Origin: a virus | Reading direction: 5' to 3' (one strand) | DNA length: 64,000 bases | Virus record (IMG/VR): IMGVR_UViG_3300021356_000011 | Coordinates: 10,606 to 74,605 of that record | Part shown: positions 1 to 9,893 of the stretch, piece by piece | Position numbering within the stretch: position 1 is the first letter of the stretch | Layout: every line of letters starts with the position of its first letter | Position numbers and translations under genes: made by a program | The notes under the pieces: model-generated | The model's input: only the letters and a program-made list of their open reading frames with translations | The model's database searches: none | What the model was told of the DNA's origin: nothing

Positions 1-648
1 ACTGGTGGTGGCGGGGCTCCCTACTCTGTTGTTTCTGCTTTAATCACTGATGGTGACTTCAGGACAGCAGGTCGATCACTAAAGATCACAGGTGATGGGT
101 CTGAACAGACGGATTACTACCAGAAGGTTCAAGTTGCGAAGAATACTGTTTACTTTGCTCATGCACTGATTAAAGAGACGACTGCAATCACAACAGGCAC
201 CCTTGGGTTATCTCTGGTGGATTCCCCAGGTGGTACAGTGCTTCAAGATCTTCAGGGCAATAATAACTCTGACACTGTCACACTTAGTAGTTTGAGTGCT
301 GGATGGAATCACTTTGGTGTGTTCTTTAGAACTAGCGATGACTTACCAGAATCAGTCTATCTAAGACTCAACTGCCCAACTGCGATTGATGCGTCTGGGG
401 TGCTTTGCATCGATTCTATTCGTTTGATCACTGCTGCACAGTTCTACTCCGGTGGACCTTACTACTGCATGTTTGAAGGTGACACAAACTTTGAGTTGAA
501 TGACACGTTTACTATTGCAGTCAACAACGACTACTCTGGTGAATTGCAGCAGTGGTTTGATCGAATCTACGATGTAAGAAATTTCCGTCGTCAGCTACCA
601 CATTCAGGGTCACCTACTTACGCTGACTCGTTAATCACAGCTTCGTAG
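1..648 (+). CDS. Virion/tail structural protein, 5'-truncated; paralog of 59754..61382
   Basis: Frame is open from base 1 (TGGGGAPYSVVSALITDGDF...) and aligns by eye with the C-terminal part of 59754..61382 (SALITDGDF, VYFAHA, NNxYSGELQQWFDRIY, HSGSPT). Confidence 0.85.
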   Translation, partial: TGGGGAPYSVVSALITDGDFRTAGRSLKITGDGSEQTDYYQKVQVAKNTVYFAHALIKETTAITTGTLGLSLVDSPGGTVLQDLQGNNNSDTVTLSSLSAGWNHFGVFFRTSDDLPESVYLRLNCPTAIDASGVLCIDSIRLITAAQFYSGGPYYCMFEGDTNFELNDTFTIAVNNDYSGELQQWFDRIYDVRNFRRQLPHSGSPTYADSLITAS

Positions 649-657
649 GAGTGAGCT

Positions 658-1194
658 ATGGCTTATCCAGACTGGAACGGATTTGCTGACGGAACAGTAG
701 TTCAGTCGTCAAAGATGAGCGACATCTTGCTGGCGATAAAGAACCGCATGATCCAGTGCATACCTGATGCAACAGAAAGCACATGCAAGATCACCAATGA
801 TCCCTCCTATCGGATCACACCATCTGATCTTCGATGCTTCAACATCACTCCATCACCTCAGTCCCAGGTAGACCAAGGTGCATGGGATGGTGGTGCTAAC
901 TTGCAGTTGACTGTCAGGACTCGGGTCATCATCACAGTGTTCCTGCCAAACTCTCTCGATGACCCAAGAGAGACTGAATACTTTCATACCGCAAGCATGT
1001 CAGTGCATAACTCCAGGATCGATGTCCTCAAAGCCTTGAGCTTCTGGAATGAGTCTGGCGATAAAGGTACGTTCCTCCTGAACGATCCACTCTCCCCTGC
1101 TGAATGGCACTTCACTAAAGACAAGTCATCTGGCGACATACAGATCGCATTCGATTTGGAGTACGACGAAGACTTGGAGGTCGATTGTGACTGA
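658..1194 (+). CDS. Tail-module protein (possibly tail completion/terminator-like); paralog of 61385..61888
   Basis: About three-quarters identical by eye to 61385..61888 (DILLAIK, CIPDATESTCKIT, PAEWHFTKDKSSGDIQIAFD); RBS GGAG upstream. Confidence 0.8.
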   Translation: MAYPDWNGFADGTVVQSSKMSDILLAIKNRMIQCIPDATESTCKITNDPSYRITPSDLRCFNITPSPQSQVDQGAWDGGANLQLTVRTRVIITVFLPNSLDDPRETEYFHTASMSVHNSRIDVLKALSFWNESGDKGTFLLNDPLSPAEWHFTKDKSSGDIQIAFDLEYDEDLEVDCD

Positions 1195-3256
1195 GTTCTC
1201 TCCATATAAAAGTGGGTTGCAAATAAACTCTCCAAACAGATCTGCTGACGAAGGTGCTTTCGTTCATTTCATGGACGACCTCGAAGGTGACCTAACGAGA
1301 ATCTTTTTCAACAGGCTTGGTAACCCGTCGTACAACTTGGGACCAGAGACTTATCACGACAGTAGCTACAACTCCTACGAAAATAACAACGGCTTTACGC
1401 TTCCATCATCAAGCAAGTTTAGATTCAGGGACGCAAAGGCTGCACGATTCAATGAACTAGCTTGCCCTATTGATAACCAGCGTAGGGCTCACGCCTACTT
1501 CCTTGTTTATATGCAAGGAGACATATACGAAAACTTCAGAGTTGGTGACACCCTTACTATCTGGCAGGGAGGTGCCATATTTGAATTGCCATGGGGATAT
1601 GGCGTTCTGTCAGTGGAAAGCAAGACTCGGGTTGAGTATGCAGACAAAGAAATGGTAGGAGGGCGTGAGTACACATGGGAATCCTCCCAAGAAGAAACAT
1701 CCACTGAAAAAGAGATCTTCATTCAAGATCGCATATTAGATTTGCTGGCACCTGAAGGTTTCCAAAGAGATTTTCAAATAGCAATACTGGAAGTGTCTGA
1801 CAGAGTTACAGGCTCTAGCACACCTTCAGCTAACTTCCCTACGAATAGCAAAACCACCATTAACACAACATGGAACACTCTTGCTGCTCATAAATTTCAA
1901 ATTCAGCATAACCTAGATCCTCTGACTTCAGATGAACCTGTTATCCAGGACTTAAGGGAAAAGCAATTCTTTACGGTTCATCCCGCACCTGCAAGCAGGA
2001 TGTCAGAAGGCGAAAAGGTTGACATGTACCATCTTGCCAATGGCTATTTTGGCAAGGGGATGTTTTACATTAAGCCTAGCGATTGCATGAGGAATCACTC
2101 AAGTGTTGCAGGTGTTGATGGTCTTGAGTTCACCAAGGTGCCATCTTATGTGGATCAACAGTATGGACCTGGGCTGGGGATCTATCTAAGAAACCAGGAT
2201 CGCACTTCAGATTATTACAACATACAGCAATGCATCACTAAGGTGAACGGATTTAAGTGGGTTGAAAATCTATTAAGCAGCCCCTTGGAAGACATCTATG
2301 AGAGAACGTATCTAAGCAACGATGATACGCCTGAGCTTACTCATGAATTGGGAATCGACACCCTGATCGGAGAGCATTCTTGGTGGGACACGGAAGCAAG
2401 CAGCTATGCGGGTGCAGTTAGTTCAGATCCATTTTTTAGAGTAAACAGTACAACTGGAACACTAAAGCAATATGGCCCAGCGAGGGATGCTATTGAAGAA
2501 GGCTTTGCAGCACTCATCCCATATTCAAAGATGCTCCGCAAATCTCCATTCACTGTCCAGGTTTTGTTTGATGTCAGCAGACGATCTCAGCACCATAAAT
2601 GGAGAATCAACTTAAGAGATTACTGCATCACAAGGAGAATGTTTCCTGAGACTTTATACATACGCTTTGACAACTTTGCGTTAAATAAAAACACGATGAC
2701 AGTCATTGGTGAAGACGCAACTGACAACAGCGATGGAAATGATCGTCAATTACTCGTGGTGCCAGGATATGAACCTAACGAAGATGGAGGTGACATCACA
2801 AAATACAACATGCTAGAGATAGACGTTGTACCAATGAATCCCGACATCTTCCCTACATCGCTGCCGATCATGTGGTCATATGAAGCATTCGATTCAGTGT
2901 ATAACGCTCGCACTGGTAATGAGCAGCTTGCAGTCCAGAGGCTGACAGGTAGCTACGTCGATTACGGCTATGAACTTATGACAGTTGGTCAAGACTTCTA
3001 CTTCGATGATGGAACGAATACAGCAGAGACAAACTACCCCATCACCCAGGTAGACGAAGAGTATAGCAAGTGTTACCGAGAAAACTCTCTCAGGTTAGTC
3101 AGCACATACTCTGAATGGAAGTTTCCAACTCACTTGTCTGAACTTCCAACGATCTCAACAGACAGGGATTCAACAACTGCGTTTGGAATCAGGGAGCCCT
3201 CTGGTCATCGCATCATAGTAACCAACATCAACTGTGTCGTTCCTTCATCACCATAG
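1187..3256 (+). CDS. Putative tail tip/baseplate protein; distant paralog of 61901..>64000
   Basis: 689 aa ORF overlapping the previous stop; shares blocks GFTLPSSSKFRF...YFLV and MFPETLYIRF with the ORF at 61901. Confidence 0.65.
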   Translation: MTEFSPYKSGLQINSPNRSADEGAFVHFMDDLEGDLTRIFFNRLGNPSYNLGPETYHDSSYNSYENNNGFTLPSSSKFRFRDAKAARFNELACPIDNQRRAHAYFLVYMQGDIYENFRVGDTLTIWQGGAIFELPWGYGVLSVESKTRVEYADKEMVGGREYTWESSQEETSTEKEIFIQDRILDLLAPEGFQRDFQIAILEVSDRVTGSSTPSANFPTNSKTTINTTWNTLAAHKFQIQHNLDPLTSDEPVIQDLREKQFFTVHPAPASRMSEGEKVDMYHLANGYFGKGMFYIKPSDCMRNHSSVAGVDGLEFTKVPSYVDQQYGPGLGIYLRNQDRTSDYYNIQQCITKVNGFKWVENLLSSPLEDIYERTYLSNDDTPELTHELGIDTLIGEHSWWDTEASSYAGAVSSDPFFRVNSTTGTLKQYGPARDAIEEGFAALIPYSKMLRKSPFTVQVLFDVSRRSQHHKWRINLRDYCITRRMFPETLYIRFDNFALNKNTMTVIGEDATDNSDGNDRQLLVVPGYEPNEDGGDITKYNMLEIDVVPMNPDIFPTSLPIMWSYEAFDSVYNARTGNEQLAVQRLTGSYVDYGYELMTVGQDFYFDDGTNTAETNYPITQVDEEYSKCYRENSLRLVSTYSEWKFPTHLSELPTISTDRDSTTAFGIREPSGHRIIVTNINCVVPSSP

Positions 3257-3268
3257 CGCAGGCATGAC

Positions 3269-4150
3269 ATGGCAAACCAATGTTGCTGCAAAGATTACAA
3301 CTCTATTCCTAACTGCATTGGTTGTGATTCAGGATCTGGTACTAGCTACACAGTAACAGCCAGTGTTACCGGATTCACTGACACTTACGCTTGCGATCTC
3401 GCAACACATGTGAACAGAACCTTGGTTCATGACTTTGGGTCTATAGCAGACACTGCTGGATCTGTATGTCGGAACACTTTGATCGTTGGCAATCAAACTC
3501 CTCCTGATAGTTGGTGTGAAGGATGGTGCCCTGCAAGTTCACTGCACCAAGCTCCAAACCTTGATCAAACTACTAACTGCTATCCTGACAGCCACATCGA
3601 TGCTGAGCTTCCGGCAACTGTTGTTTCTCAAAGCCCTTTTGGCACATACATAAACTGGGAATGTCGATGTCGTGATCTTTGTGAGTATAACAAGACAATC
3701 TATCGTGGACCTGCTGCTGGGTATACTGCACCAACATGTCACTTGACTATCTGGTATACCGTTGATTTTAAATACAACAGTGCCATACCAGCCAACTCCA
3801 AGGTTGAGTATTACATCAGCTTCTTCCTTGCAGACACATACAAGACAGCAACCAGTATTAATCTTCCTTGTGACGACGGAGGTTCACGATTCTGTTTTGA
3901 CGGAACAATCCTGCCTAACCTAGTTCTCCTGACTTTCGGTGGTGAAGAAACATACGACGCTGATCAGCTATGCAGTGCGATCAATATAGATGTTCCTCTT
4001 TGCCCCTGGAGAGGTGAGTTTCAATGTGACTGGGAGAAACCTGAGATACCAGAGAATTCTAATCTTGCATGTCTGCCGTGGGAGTATCTCTGTGGCTATC
4101 CCCTAGATTTCAGTTCAGCAAACGTCAATCTCACGGTGAACGTATCATGA
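3269..4150 (+). CDS. Cys-rich putative virion protein
   Basis: Begins MANQCCC, has more than 20 Cys and lies at the end of the tail module. Confidence 0.6.
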   Translation: MANQCCCKDYNSIPNCIGCDSGSGTSYTVTASVTGFTDTYACDLATHVNRTLVHDFGSIADTAGSVCRNTLIVGNQTPPDSWCEGWCPASSLHQAPNLDQTTNCYPDSHIDAELPATVVSQSPFGTYINWECRCRDLCEYNKTIYRGPAAGYTAPTCHLTIWYTVDFKYNSAIPANSKVEYYISFFLADTYKTATSINLPCDDGGSRFCFDGTILPNLVLLTFGGEETYDADQLCSAINIDVPLCPWRGEFQCDWEKPEIPENSNLACLPWEYLCGYPLDFSSANVNLTVNVS

Positions 4151-5211
4151 GTAAAATTGACTGGCAGTGTCCTAAATGTCTTGTCGTTTTTCCTAACGTC
4201 CCTGATCCTGGCGACAAGGAGATTACTCACCGCTGCCGACCATCTCGTGGTCTTGGTGATACAGTCAAGAAGATCATCGACGTTGCATCTGGCAGTAAGA
4301 TCAAGCAGTGTACTCCATGCAAGAACCGACAAGGCAAACTCAACGCTGCCTTTCCATCTGCAATGCCAACCTCTTACATCACAACTGAATTACTTGCCAC
4401 TCTCAGTATCCAGATAGCAAGCAAGCTTCCAGCAAAATGCATTGTCATCGGCATGGCTCGCAGTGGCATGCTGCCTGCTTCAATAATCGCCACCTACAAC
4501 CATTGCAGTTTGTACTCCTTAGACCTGACCAACAAGACAATTAAAAATACTGGCTCAGGTCGCAGAGCGAATCAGAGAGTAGGCATCGAGATTATTCTCG
4601 TTGACGATTCGGTTTGGAGTGGCACCTCAATGAAGGAAGCAGAATCAATTGTCAAAGACACATTCCCTGAGTCCAAGATCCACAAGGTAGCAGTCATCGC
4701 AAGACCTGCGAGCATGAAAGTCTTAGACCACTTTGCTATTCTTCAGAACTTCCATTTCCTCGAATGGAATTTTCCCAACGCTGAGTTTACTAAGAACTAC
4801 GCATTCGACATGGACGGTACGTTGTGCGACGACTTCACTGAGCCTGATGACGATGATGGCAAGCGATACCTGAAGGCGATGAGGAACATGCCTGCGACGG
4901 CAATCAAGCCGCACAAGTATCCAATCAACATCATCACCGCAAGGCTTGAGAAGTACCGTGAACCCACAATCAAATGGCTGAAGGATCAAGGCTTTGTGAT
5001 TGGCAACCTGCACATGGCACCGTGGAAAGACAAGCAGGAACGAGAGCAGAACGACATCATCGCCTGGAAGTCCCAGGTCATCAAAGACAATGGCTACGAT
5101 GGGATGGTTGAATCTAATCCATTCATCGCTGAAGGTATCTTCGTTAAGACTCAGAAGCCTGTTATCTGCAATACAAACAAACAGCTACTGCTTCCGCAAG
5201 GCATGCGATAA
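4147..5211 (+). CDS. Fusion: Cys-rich 'GLGD' domain + type I phosphoribosyltransferase + HAD-like domain
   Basis: ATGA overlap start at 4147; CxxC...RGLGDTV...CTPC..R..LN N-terminus; PRPP-binding loop IILVDDSVWSGTSM; HAD motif I FDMDGTL and motif II IITAR. Confidence 0.75.
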   Translation: MSKIDWQCPKCLVVFPNVPDPGDKEITHRCRPSRGLGDTVKKIIDVASGSKIKQCTPCKNRQGKLNAAFPSAMPTSYITTELLATLSIQIASKLPAKCIVIGMARSGMLPASIIATYNHCSLYSLDLTNKTIKNTGSGRRANQRVGIEIILVDDSVWSGTSMKEAESIVKDTFPESKIHKVAVIARPASMKVLDHFAILQNFHFLEWNFPNAEFTKNYAFDMDGTLCDDFTEPDDDDGKRYLKAMRNMPATAIKPHKYPINIITARLEKYREPTIKWLKDQGFVIGNLHMAPWKDKQEREQNDIIAWKSQVIKDNGYDGMVESNPFIAEGIFVKTQKPVICNTNKQLLLPQGMR

Positions 5212-6819
5212 CTACCGAAGCTTCTCTTCCACAACTCGACCACATCTCTCATACCAGTCAATCTCATTGATCGGCATGAACCTGAGATCTCTTGGTGGGT
5301 GATAACCCTGCTCGTGAACGAATAGAGCATACGCTTGATTGAACGTCCTGTTGGATTTACTGCAACGGTAGTAGCACCTGATCCACTGAGTCTCGCTGTC
5401 AGACTTACGCTTGACCTTGACCTTACTGATAGGTGGACCATCCAACGAGATGAGTTGACCATTACGCTGGATCACCATCCTGCGACTGTCTGAGTGGGTA
5501 TAACCGCAACCTGGACATTTGAATCCAGACTGCCTGACCATCATGCACCGTGGGCATATGATTGGATTCTCAATCTCACCCTTCTCGATTTCTTTCTTCC
5601 TGACCTCGCTGGCTTGGTTGCTGGTCATGTAAAAGTAATCAGACCAATCTCGATCCTGGTTAGGACTACCATGCCTCCAGAAGTTTCCTGCATGATCCTG
5701 GACAACAACCTTCTCGATGCTGGGATGGTTCCTTAGAACTCGACCAACGACCTGGACATAGGATGCCAGCGATCCAATAGGAGTGGCTAGGATGATGTGA
5801 TAAAGCTCAGGGATGTCGATGCCTTCCCGCATGACAAACCTGTTGCAGATCACCTTGATCTCTCCGCTCTTGAGTCTTTCAATGACCTCCTCTCGTTTCT
5901 CAGGGTCACTGCTATGCTCCTCGCCATCGATGTAAACGTCACTGCCATCGATGTGTGCGGCTGGGATGTCATGGCGATTGAGCATATCGCACAACCACTT
6001 GGATTCCTTTACGCCTGGAGCAAAGAGTAAAGCAGGCTTCTGCTTCGGATTGAGCTTCTTGTAATGCTCGACGATATGACCAAAGATCTGCGGAGTCCAG
6101 ACTTCCTTGATCACCTGCTGATTCGAGAACTCACCTGTCTTCAGTGGCTTAAGCTTCCTCGTATCCATCTCAGGACAGCCAAACGTCAGTGCTGGAACGT
6201 GGGCTGGATACTCTAGTTCCTTGCTCCGCATCTCAGAGTTGACGCAAACCGCCTCCAGGTTGTCGTAGATGTGAGATAAGTCCACTGGCGTAGCAGTAAA
6301 CCCAATTAGGCTTGCACCTCTCTCAACGTGCTTCTCGAAGACCTGACAGGCTTTCGTCTGTCGCTGCTGATGTGCCTCGTCCACGATGACGATATCAGCC
6401 TTCGGTAAATCATGTAGCTCCCTTTTGAAGCTTGCATAAACAGTGTCGAGAGAGCAGAGTTGGACTAGGGCGTTCCCCTTCTTAAGCTTCCTGAACTGGG
6501 CGGCTCTTACACCAAAGTCCAACTTGCCCTTCTTCATACCTGCAATCAACTGTTGGATGAGTAGATTCCTACAGCAGTAGATAGCAACCCTCTTGTTATT
6601 TTCGATAGCCCATCGACATAGACCTAGGAAAATAATCGACTTACCTGCACCTGTTGGAGCAGTGATGACAGTCTTGCTACCGTAATCATTGGCGAGATCG
6701 ATTGCCATTTCTAAGGCTCGACTCTGCCAAGGCCAAGGTTTCTCTACACCCAGGTAGTGCTTTAGAGTCTCTTCTGTGACTCCAGCACATCCATCGAAGA
6801 TTGAAGGTATGTACGACAC
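5212..6819 (-). CDS. SF2 DEAH helicase (RadD/YejH/ResIII-like) with C-terminal Zn finger
   Basis: APTGAGKS Walker A, VDEAH, TATP motif III, EGIDIP motif V, QVVGRVLR motif VI, CPRC...CPGC. Confidence 0.93.
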   Translation of the reverse strand: MSYIPSIFDGCAGVTEETLKHYLGVEKPWPWQSRALEMAIDLANDYGSKTVITAPTGAGKSIIFLGLCRWAIENNKRVAIYCCRNLLIQQLIAGMKKGKLDFGVRAAQFRKLKKGNALVQLCSLDTVYASFKRELHDLPKADIVIVDEAHQQRQTKACQVFEKHVERGASLIGFTATPVDLSHIYDNLEAVCVNSEMRSKELEYPAHVPALTFGCPEMDTRKLKPLKTGEFSNQQVIKEVWTPQIFGHIVEHYKKLNPKQKPALLFAPGVKESKWLCDMLNRHDIPAAHIDGSDVYIDGEEHSSDPEKREEVIERLKSGEIKVICNRFVMREGIDIPELYHIILATPIGSLASYVQVVGRVLRNHPSIEKVVVQDHAGNFWRHGSPNQDRDWSDYFYMTSNQASEVRKKEIEKGEIENPIICPRCMMVRQSGFKCPGCGYTHSDSRRMVIQRNGQLISLDGPPISKVKVKRKSDSETQWIRCYYRCSKSNRTFNQAYALFVHEQGYHPPRDLRFMPINEIDWYERCGRVVEEKLR

Positions 6820-6956
6820 TTGATTAACAACTCCTTTTCATCATCCTCAAGTTCAAGTTTATCTAAGAGATCACCAAGCAAGCGGTAGACTTCGCCTACC
6901 GACCTGCCTGAACGATACAGTAACTGCTTAACCTGTCGATCTAGTAGTCCTACCAA
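6762..6956 (-). CDS. Small hypothetical protein
   Basis: Fills the gap between annealase and helicase; TTG start; overlaps the helicase start. Confidence 0.4.
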   Translation of the reverse strand: MVGLLDRQVKQLLYRSGRSVGEVYRLLGDLLDKLELEDDEKELLIKCRTYLQSSMDVLESQKRL

Positions 6957-7747
6957 CTTGCTCCCTCCACTGGATCCTGAGTCCCTGCGTACTTTTCCAG
7001 CATGGCAACATCCGCTTCCGCTAAGTATGCGAGTGTCATCTGATACGCTGCGGCTGATGCCTTGCCTCGTGGTGGATCATTGGTCCACCCTTTCATTAGA
7101 TACTCAATGTATCCACGATTCTTATCGTGAATCTCTGCGATGCTCATACCCTTGTGCTTGCCGAAGTCAATGACATATGCACCGGGATCGTTTGCCTCCA
7201 CTGCCTTTAGTTGCTCATCAATCCAACTCTCAGGCTTTGGCTCCGCCTTAGCTTTTGGCTTTGGTGCTGCTGCTGATCGAGGCTTGCTGGAAGCAGGCTG
7301 ACGGTTCTGATATTTGTCGCCATCATGCTTGCCCAGGTAAACCGATGCGGCAACTCCCAGGTAGCTCAACGTCTTGCCGATAGCATCAGTCTCTGCTGAC
7401 TTGACTGCATCGTCGTCACCTCGACCATTAATCTCAGTGCCTCCCGTATGCCAAGCTGTATAGCCAATGTCACCTGACTCTGGATCTTTGAACCATGCCT
7501 TGGCTCGAACGAAGATGATGGTCTTGCCACCGAAGTCTTCACGGCGATAAGGATCTACTTCTAATCCCCATCCAATACCAATGGGACCAAAGACATGGGT
7601 CATGACCTCGGCTCTGTGCATTGGGTCAATACTGGAAAGCTTCGCTCCACCTGGGATCCGCTTCACAAACTCAGGATCAGGATCTTTCAGTGCATTCCAC
7701 CACCGCATGTTAGTTTGCATCTCGTCCTCTTGAATTCCACGATACAT
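6950..7747 (-). CDS. Rad52/Sak-like single-strand annealing protein with C-terminal FGKHKG domain
   Basis: SIDP...VFGPIGIGWG and KSAETDAIGK.LSYLGVA.SVY are Rad52/22-family motifs; C-terminal IDFGKHKG..I.EI....GYIEYL. Confidence 0.8.
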   Translation of the reverse strand: MYRGIQEDEMQTNMRWWNALKDPDPEFVKRIPGGAKLSSIDPMHRAEVMTHVFGPIGIGWGLEVDPYRREDFGGKTIIFVRAKAWFKDPESGDIGYTAWHTGGTEINGRGDDDAVKSAETDAIGKTLSYLGVAASVYLGKHDGDKYQNRQPASSKPRSAAAPKPKAKAEPKPESWIDEQLKAVEANDPGAYVIDFGKHKGMSIAEIHDKNRGYIEYLMKGWTNDPPRGKASAAAYQMTLAYLAEADVAMLEKYAGTQDPVEGASW

Positions 7748-7758
7748 ATCATTCCCTC

Positions 7759-8481
7759 TCAAATCTTTGGTAGTAACTTATTGGCAAGCTCACGCAGTGC
7801 TTGCACATCCTCTAACAAGTAGTCCCTAGCAAGAGATTCATCCTCTCTTGCCACCTGGTGAAACTTGTCGCCTCGGAAACCACAAGTCTTTGCTGGAATT
7901 CCGAATGCCGCACATAGCTCATCGAATTTCGGCATGTCGAAGCTGCGGTTGTATCCGCTGCCATGTCGAAGCCATACCTTGGCAAGGGCAACGAATGTAC
8001 TAGGAGTCTTGCCAAACTCGTTGAATACTTCCGTACCCACAATGCCGTTGATATTGATTCCGAGAATGGCACAACGATTGGCGAGAAATGGAAGGTCAAA
8101 GGAATCTCCATTGTACGTCACAACCATGCCACCTCGACGAAACACATCACCGATCTGTTTGACAAGATCCTCGATGATCGTCGCCTCGTCTCTCAGATCT
8201 ATTTCGACTACGGCGTCTCCATAACTCTCTCGGAAGTACCCTACGCCGACCACCTGACCAATCAATGGATTCAGAGCGGCTCGCGAGTACACCTTGCCAT
8301 AATGCTGTTTCTTTCTTTGGTCTTTGTTCTCCTTCCATTCCTGTTTCTTTCTGGCTATGGTTTCTGGTCTCTTGGCATTACCAAGCTTCGGAGTTTCATC
8401 GTCCTCGTAGGCAATGATTTCCTCGATGACTCGGTACGACTGTGGACCTGTTTCAATGTCGAAGTACAACCTGTCAATCAC
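7759..8481 (-). CDS. DnaQ/PolB-like 3'-5' exonuclease
   Basis: ExoI FDIET, ExoII YNGDSFDLPFL, ExoIII YLLEDV; next to the annealase. Confidence 0.85.
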   Translation of the reverse strand: MIDRLYFDIETGPQSYRVIEEIIAYEDDETPKLGNAKRPETIARKKQEWKENKDQRKKQHYGKVYSRAALNPLIGQVVGVGYFRESYGDAVVEIDLRDEATIIEDLVKQIGDVFRRGGMVVTYNGDSFDLPFLANRCAILGININGIVGTEVFNEFGKTPSTFVALAKVWLRHGSGYNRSFDMPKFDELCAAFGIPAKTCGFRGDKFHQVAREDESLARDYLLEDVQALRELANKLLPKI

Positions 8482-8765
8482 CGTTGCTGTCTCCCCCAGC
8501 CAAGACTTCTATGCCTCCTTGGCCTGTTGTTTTCCTCTGCTAAGTCTGCATGCGTATCGTAGGCATGCTGAATCTTTGACGCTCTTGTTTGAATCCAAAT
8601 ATCGATAATCCCCTCCTGAGATTTACTGATCGTTCCGACTGGCTGCTTCAGTAACTGATCAACGTAGTATTCAACCAGCGGTTGAAACAATGGCAAGCCA
8701 AACTCGTCGAATCCGATGACGAACATATCGCTCTCAGTAATATCACCATCCTTGATCACTCTCAC
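8478..8765 (-). CDS. Hypothetical protein
   Basis: Tightly packed ORF with GGAGG-type RBS. Confidence 0.55.
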   Translation of the reverse strand: MRVIKDGDITESDMFVIGFDEFGLPLFQPLVEYYVDQLLKQPVGTISKSQEGIIDIWIQTRASKIQHAYDTHADLAEENNRPRRHRSLGWGRQQR

Positions 8766-9065
8766 TTAATCGCCCTCCCTTTGAGCGTTTAAAACATACC
8801 TCTCTGTAATCTTCTGAGCCTTGACATAGAAGTCCTCTTCTATCCCTTTTGATACTGCTCGGTATCGTTTGATGTACTCCTTTCCGTAGCTAACGATGTC
8901 CTTCCGCATTTCATACAGCAGCTTATCCAATGTCTTTGGCATCTTCCTGCTGGGATAATGGCTGAGTCTCATGCGAACATAGTGGACGATGTCGTCCTGC
9001 TTTATCCTGACTTCAGCCCTTCCGAGAATGTACTCCCCTCTCAAGTTTTGTTTGATCTTTGTCAT
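8766..9065 (-). CDS. Hypothetical basic protein
   Basis: Tightly packed in the operon; Lys/Arg-rich. Confidence 0.6.
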   Translation of the reverse strand: MTKIKQNLRGEYILGRAEVRIKQDDIVHYVRMRLSHYPSRKMPKTLDKLLYEMRKDIVSYGKEYIKRYRAVSKGIEEDFYVKAQKITERYVLNAQREGD

Positions 9066-9067
9066 GC

Positions 9068-9613
9068 CTAGTTCCCAAATGTTACTTGGTCCTCGTGACT
9101 AGTCTGGTCAACGCCACCTCGGAAAAGAGCTAAGGTTTGTTTGGGATCACTGAATGCTTCCCTAGGAACCAGGATCTTCCTTCCGTACAGATGTTCGTGA
9201 TAATCTGGCTTGTAATTCTCAATGATGTCTTTGCTAAATATGTGACCAATGAATTCGATATGCTTAGGGTCGTCTCCTATTCGGAACAACACAAAGAGAT
9301 CCACCTTTTTTGGCTCGTCTGGAAACAGGTGCATCTCCAGTTCCCTGCCTGACCACTCACGAGTCTTTACGTTGACTGTCATTCCATTGAAGATGAAGTC
9401 ATACTTATCCCCTCCGATGTATATGTTTTTATCGATTGGCAATCCAGTAAGCTGACTGAATGCAATCTCACCCAGCGTACCTACCGTAGCGCAGTGGAGC
9501 AGACCTTCATTTCGACGTTGAATCTTGCTTTGACTTGGCTTCTTCTTTGATGCCCTGTCGAACGCAATAGCTGCTGCGTTCCCCCACTCTTCCCTAGTCA
9601 ATGAAATTATCAT
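9068..9613 (-). CDS. Putative PD-(D/E)xK-family nuclease-like protein
   Basis: GEIAF...GGDKYDF...VNVKT pattern; start chosen at the ATG after AGGAGGG. Confidence 0.5.
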   Translation of the reverse strand: MIISLTREEWGNAAAIAFDRASKKKPSQSKIQRRNEGLLHCATVGTLGEIAFSQLTGLPIDKNIYIGGDKYDFIFNGMTVNVKTREWSGRELEMHLFPDEPKKVDLFVLFRIGDDPKHIEFIGHIFSKDIIENYKPDYHEHLYGRKILVPREAFSDPKQTLALFRGGVDQTSHEDQVTFGN

Positions 9614-9791
9614 TCTCGCTCCCCTCCTTCTTTGCAGGCAATTCTTTCCTGCGAATATGAAAGTCCATGGGACCATCGAAGCAAAGTCTCACGCTGTCCT
9701 TCTTTGAGACCTTGCTGATGGTCAACTCTAATACCTTGCCACCAATTTCAATCACTGCGCTTTCGTTATACTTCCGTGTAATAACCAGCAT
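9594..9791 (-). CDS. csrA: CsrA/RsmA-like RNA-binding translational regulator
   Basis: MLVITRKYNESAVI...VRLCFDGPMDFHIRRKEL matches the CsrA fold signature MLxLTRKxGExIxI...VRxGxxAPxxxxIxRxE. Confidence 0.8.
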   Translation of the reverse strand: MLVITRKYNESAVIEIGGKVLELTISKVSKKDSVRLCFDGPMDFHIRRKELPAKKEGSENDNFID

Positions 9792-9893
9792 TTGCCCTAC
9801 TCCGCTATCCATTTTGCGATCAACCATGCCATGCCTGTAAACACTGGCGAACAATACATCAAACCGATTGCGATCCTGTCGTGCTTATCCATC

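Noticed and set aside
1-1194. Direct terminal repeat or assembly overlap with 60740-61888
   Set aside because: The copies differ at many synonymous and non-synonymous positions, so they are paralogues, not identical repeats.
658-1194. Diversity-generating retroelement template/variable repeat pair with 61385-61888
   Set aside because: Differences are not adenine-specific, both copies are coding, and no reverse transcriptase is visible.
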